From Salpingoeca rosetta (Eukaryota; Protista; Choanoflagellata): DNA of 64,000 nt. The notes beneath the pieces were generated by a model. It saw only the letters and a program-made list of their open reading frames with translations. It ran no database searches and was not told the DNA's origin. Below are positions 59,084 through 64,000 of this stretch, one piece after another. The stretch spans positions 833,295-897,294 of the forward strand of contig JAWQFM010000028.1 of assembly GCA_033442325.1 (NCBI GenBank), written 5' to 3'. A program made the position numbers and the translations under genes. How positions within the stretch are numbered: position 1 is the first letter of the stretch; the number at the start of each line of letters is the position of its first letter.

Positions 59084-60529
59084 ATGTTCAAGCGGTTTTC
59101 CACGCGGCGGAAGACAAAGGCAAAGAAAGGCGAGGAGGCCGCCGCCAAGGAAGACTCCGTGTATGGCATGACCACAGGCTCAAGCAGCACGCTCCCACCA
59201 AACCTGAGTGGCGGCGAGATGCAGGCCATGCTCCGCCAACAGAGCAAGCGCGAAAAGAAAAAGGACAAGAAGAAGGACAAGGCCGCAAAGGCCCACACAG
59301 ACGGCAGCGCCAGCAGTGCCAGCAGCGCCAGCACGGGCCAGGGAGCCGCGTCGGCCAGCACAGCCAGCAACGGCACAAGCACAGAGGGTCCCCTCGAGGG
59401 CACCTCGCTGTTCAAGGTCAAGTACATGGGCGCGGTGCAGGTGACGGGCAGTGCCGGCGACCACGTCGTTGCTGCAGCCGTCATCAAGGTGCGGGATGAG
59501 AAGCGCGAGCCCATCAAAGCCTTCATCATCCTGCGTCAGGACTCGTTGGTGGTGGCCACGCGCAAGACTGGGGAGGTGCTGCAGAACCTCGACCTGGCGT
59601 GCATCAGCTACACCAGCGTCAACCCAGCCGACCCAAAGCAGTTTGCCTTCATCAGCCAAGCGCGCAGCGGGCGCCTCTACTGCCACGTTTTTCAGAACAA
59701 GGACAAAGGCAGCGACGCGCCCCACGCCATCAAGGCCGCCATTGCAGAGTACACCCAGACCGTGTCCCAGCTGCTGACGCTTCGGCGCGGTGCTGGCCCT
59801 GTGCTCGGCAACTCCGCGCCATCATCATCGTCGGCAGCGTCCTCGGGGTTTGCACACAGCACATCCATGCGCGTGTCATCTGGGGGGCCATCACGCCCAC
59901 CGCCATCAATGTCGCAATCGTTCCGCGCACCGCCGCCACAGCAACGACAGCAGCAGCAGCAGCAGCAGCGACAACCACAACCACCACCACCACAGCAGCA
60001 GCAACAGGGTGGCGGAGGCGACGGCGTATCACGCGGGCGGTCGTCGAGTATGAGTGGCATGAGCATGCGTGCGCGGTCGCGATCACGGTCCGGGTCGTTG
60101 TCGGCGCGCGTGCCGGCAGAGACGCTGCCGCCCGAGGGGAAGACGTTTGTGGCGGTGTATCTTGGGTACGAGATGGTGGCGCACCTGGCCGGGAAGATGG
60201 TGTGCATGACGGCGGTGAAGCGAAATAGCGACCGGTGGGCAACCATCAAGCAGCAGCGGCAGCACGCGGACGGCAAGAGCGTGTCCCTGCAGGTCACCAA
60301 CTATGCGATCCGTACCATCGACAAGCGCAGCGAGGAGCCCGTGTTTGCAGACTTTATCAAGCACGTGTCGTTCACGTGTGTTGCGCGCAAGACGCAGGCG
60401 TATGAGTTGTTCACGTACATTTCGCACGACGAGCGGCTCAAACGCACCATCTGCCATATCTACCGTGTCACCCCGAACATGGGCGACTCAATCTGCTCAG
60501 CCATCTCACAGGTACGGCAAGGGGGAGAC

Positions 60530-60587
<58 letters not shown>

Positions 60588-61878
60588 GTTGTGTGTGTTG
60601 TTGTGTGTGTTGTTGTGTGTGTGTGTGTGTGTGTNNNNNNNNNNNNNNNNNNNNNNNNNNNNNNNNNNNNNNNNNNNNNNNNNNNNNNNNNNNNNNNNNN
60701 NNNNNNNNNNNNNNNNNNNNNNNNNNNNNNNNNNAATGGAGTTGTTTTGTGTTGTGTCGTTGCTCTGGCGTTCACTTACCCACACCACACACACACACAC
60801 CAGGCGTTCAGCTATCTCGCTGCTGTTGAGAAGGAGCGTGGCAGCAATCCGTTTGCCGTGGCCGACCCGCGCCGCGAGCCCGTCAAGGGCCCCCTCTTCC
60901 ACCACCAGATCCACCGCGCCCATCTCACCGCCATCAAGCACATTGGCGGCGGGCAGTTTGGCGACGTGTTCCTGGCGCAGCAGCAGGTGAAGGACGGCAC
61001 GGGCGACAACGGAGGCAGCACCCTACTCAGGGCCGTCAAGATGCTCAAGAACGCAGCAAACGAGGCAGACAAGGAGGTGCGGTTTTGGGGGGGGGGGGTG
61101 TCTATCTGTGTGTGTGTCTGTGTGTATGTGTGTGTCTGTCTGTCTGTCTGTGTGTGTCTCTGTGTGTGTGTCTGTGTCTGTGTCTGAAGTTGTGCTTGCA
61201 CTGGGCATGCAATTATCGCATTACCGCTGCTTCTTCCTGCTCATCACCACATCCTCCAACCCCTCCCCCGCCCCCGCCTCATCTTCTTGTCCTCCTCCTA
61301 CACATCACCATCACCACCACCCCCAGGAGTTCCTGCACGAGTCGCGGACGATGCTCGAGGTTCAAGGCGGCGAGCACCTGGTGCAGTTCATTGGCGTGGC
61401 GCTGCAGCAGAAGCCGTGGCTGTGCGTGCTTGAGTTTATGAAGTACGGCGACCTCAAGACGGTCCTCCTCACCTGCAAGGAGAAGCACCTCGACCTCACC
61501 CTCTTTGAAATCGTCAGTGCAGGCAGAGGAGGAGGAGAAAGGGGTTGTGTGTGTCTGTGTGTGTGTGTGTGTATCTTTGTAAGTTTGCCTTTGTCTGTGT
61601 CGTTGTACGTTTGCCTTTGTCTATATGCGACTGCGTTCATCCTAACTCACACGACCAACCACTTCTCCTTCACGCCCCCCCCCCGGGCCAACTCGCCAGC
61701 TGCGGTGGTGCTTCCAGCTTGCTGACGGGATGGCGTTTATGGCGTCGAAGCGGCTGGTGCACATGGATCTTGCCGCGCGAAACTGCATGCTCACACACAA
61801 CAACCTCGTCAAAGTCGGCGACTTTGGCCTCGTACGTACACAAGCGTATGTGCGTGTGCGTGTGTGGGTGGTTGTGCG

Positions 61879-61911
<33 letters not shown>

Positions 61912-61915
61912 TTGT

Positions 61916-61947
<32 letters not shown>

Positions 61948-62255
61948 TTGTGTCTGTGTGTGTGTGTGTGTATCTGTGTGTCTGTTTATGGTCGCTTCAT
62001 GTCGCCCATCGCCCCATCTCAACCCCAACACACACACACACACACACACACATGCACACAACATGCACACATGACCGCCACCGCTGCCACCACAGACGCA
62101 GCGTCTTGATGAAGGGGAGGACCACTTTGTGCTGCGCAAACGGCTCAAACTTCCGCTGAAATGGATTGCAATTGAGGGCCTGGAGCAGAAAATCTTCTCA
62201 GAGTTCTCGGACTGCTGGTCCTTTGGCGTCCTCATGTGGGAAATCTTCAGGTGCG

Positions 62256-62287
<32 letters not shown>

Positions 62288-62478
62288 CCGTTTGTGTGTG
62301 TCTGTGTGTCTGTGTGTCTACCCTTCCTTTCGCCCCCAAAATCTCATCCCCCTTCCACTTTGCACCGCTGCAGCTACGGCGAGATTCCATATCCGGAGGT
62401 GGAGGTGAAGGAGATCTTCATGCGCGTGCGCGAGGGCCTTCGTCTCACACAGCCGCCAAAGTACAGCCACCGAGTTGG

Positions 62479-62550
<72 letters not shown>

Positions 62551-62885
62551 NNNNNNNNNNNNNNNNNNNNNNNNNNNNNNNNNNNNNNNNNNNNNNNNNN
62601 NNNNNNNNNNNNNNNNNNNNNNNNNNNNNNNNNNNNNNNNNNNNNNNNNNATGAGATAATCAGGTCGAGAGCCTATCTAGGAGGGAGATGAAGACCTCCC
62701 CACCCCTCAAAAAAACTCATTTTTTTTTCTCTTTGCACCAATGCCAATTAAGACGACACTTCCAAACCCGTAGTTTGACCTTATAGCTGATCATCATGTG
62801 CATGCGCGCAGCATCTTTTATTTCAACAGACTCAAGAAATACAGTCATAAAGGAGGTTTTTTGTCTTCCGTACGTGTGTGTGTGT

Positions 62886-62973
<88 letters not shown>

Positions 62974-63866
62974 CCACCACGGTTCACGTGCGCCCAATTC
63001 AGCCCCCTCACCCTCAACCTCACTTCCATCGATCCCAGCTGCCCCGACCGCATGTACTCGATCATGGCCAAGTGCTGGAAGCGTGACCGCCGCACCCGCT
63101 GGACGTTTGCTGCTCTGCGCCGCATGCTCGAGAGCGAACTCCGATATGTCAAGGACTCCACAAACAGAGACATTGGCGCCACCGTCCACGACCTCGTACG
63201 TGTGTGTGTGTGTGTGTGTGTGTCCGTGTGTGTCCGTGTGTGTCTGTCTGTGTCTGTCTGTCCGTGTGTGTGTGTGTCTGTCTGTCTGTCTGTGTCTGTG
63301 TGTCTTTCTGTCTGTCCATCTGTCTGTGTCTATGTCTCTCACTCTGTGTTTCCAACTCATGTTGTGCACTCATTCCCTCCCCCCAAAAAAAAAAATTGAT
63401 CTTCCTCCTTCGTTTCTTTCACTGCCTTATCGATTCTCACCCCACTCGCACCACCACCCCCCCCCCTCTCCGTCCCCGTCTCCGTCTCCGTCTGCGCGAG
63501 TGCAGAAGGGCGAGACCATTGATGACAACGTCGATCCAAACGTGAGTGACATGCACACCTTGCACCGCCACGTACATGCGCCCACGTCCAACCTCGTGTC
63601 GTGCTCTGTTCCCGTGTCACCGTTAACAATGAACAGCACACCTCATCACTACCATCACCATGACCAATAAATTGCACACATCCACCACCATTGCGTGTTC
63701 TCCAGGCCAACCCCGACACCACGCTGGTTCGCACGCGTTCCCAGAGCATGCACGCTGCCCGCCCCGCCGCAAGGCCCCCACCGTACGCCTCTTTGCCACT
63801 GCACCAGTTTGTTTTGTGCGTCTGTCCGTGCGTGTGTCTGTCTGTGGGTGTGTGTGCGTGTATGTC

Positions 63867-63906
<40 letters not shown>

Positions 63907-64000
63907 TTGTATCTGCCTGTGCGTGTATGCGTGTGTGTGCATGCCCTCACGCGTACACCTGGCTCATCATACTCATTTGCACACTGTCCTGCACTGTTGT
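59084..64000 (+). CDS. PTB-PTB-tyrosine kinase of the choanoflagellate HMTK type; continues past the right edge of the window
   Basis: Two PTB domains (FKVKYMG..ISYTS..FAFIS..YCHVF and FVAVYLG..VSFT..ICHIY). Kinase motifs [38 protein letters not shown] and [21 protein letters not shown]. The last visible exon (63706-63782) ends in a splice donor. Confidence 0.9.

Overview
This window is eukaryotic, gene-dense and intron-rich, with introns full of (GT)n/(CA)n microsatellites and six 100-N scaffold gaps. The gene content (HMD-type PTB tyrosine kinase, Cav-beta, many ciliary genes) and the intron style point to a choanoflagellate such as Salpingoeca; this is an inference. Most entries in the ORF track are microsatellite artefacts, so I built about 19 spliced gene models by hand using GT-AG boundaries. 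In order they are: C2CD3-like (partial), Rpr2/Snm1-family, a conserved hypothetical protein, eEFSec, a MORN protein (partial), PPIL6, an acidic INO80E-like protein, AsnRS, an ANK-Roc-COR-TIR-SAM ROCO protein, a PDZ-RH-C1-DH-PH RhoGEF, DHODH, Cav-beta, TRAPPC2L, an SV2-like MFS transporter, CFAP70, SMARCB1/SNF5, Sec61-beta, cyclophilin B and a PTB-PTB-tyrosine kinase (partial). The best candidate for a new system is the ROCO gene at 19583-26072 (-). Its sensor is seven 99-nt phase-0 ankyrin cassette exons, five of them in recently duplicated, recombining exon+intron units. The sensor is coupled to a Roc-COR GTPase and a SARM1-type TIR domain that keeps the catalytic Glu, suggesting a diversifiable NLR-like immune receptor. 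Other notable points are complementary 5'-(GT)n/3'-(CA)n introns, 8 head-to-head gene pairs, a plant-type AsnRS, a RhoGEF truncated within its PH domain, and four random-looking islands beside microsatellites. All family assignments come from recalled motifs; no database search was run.
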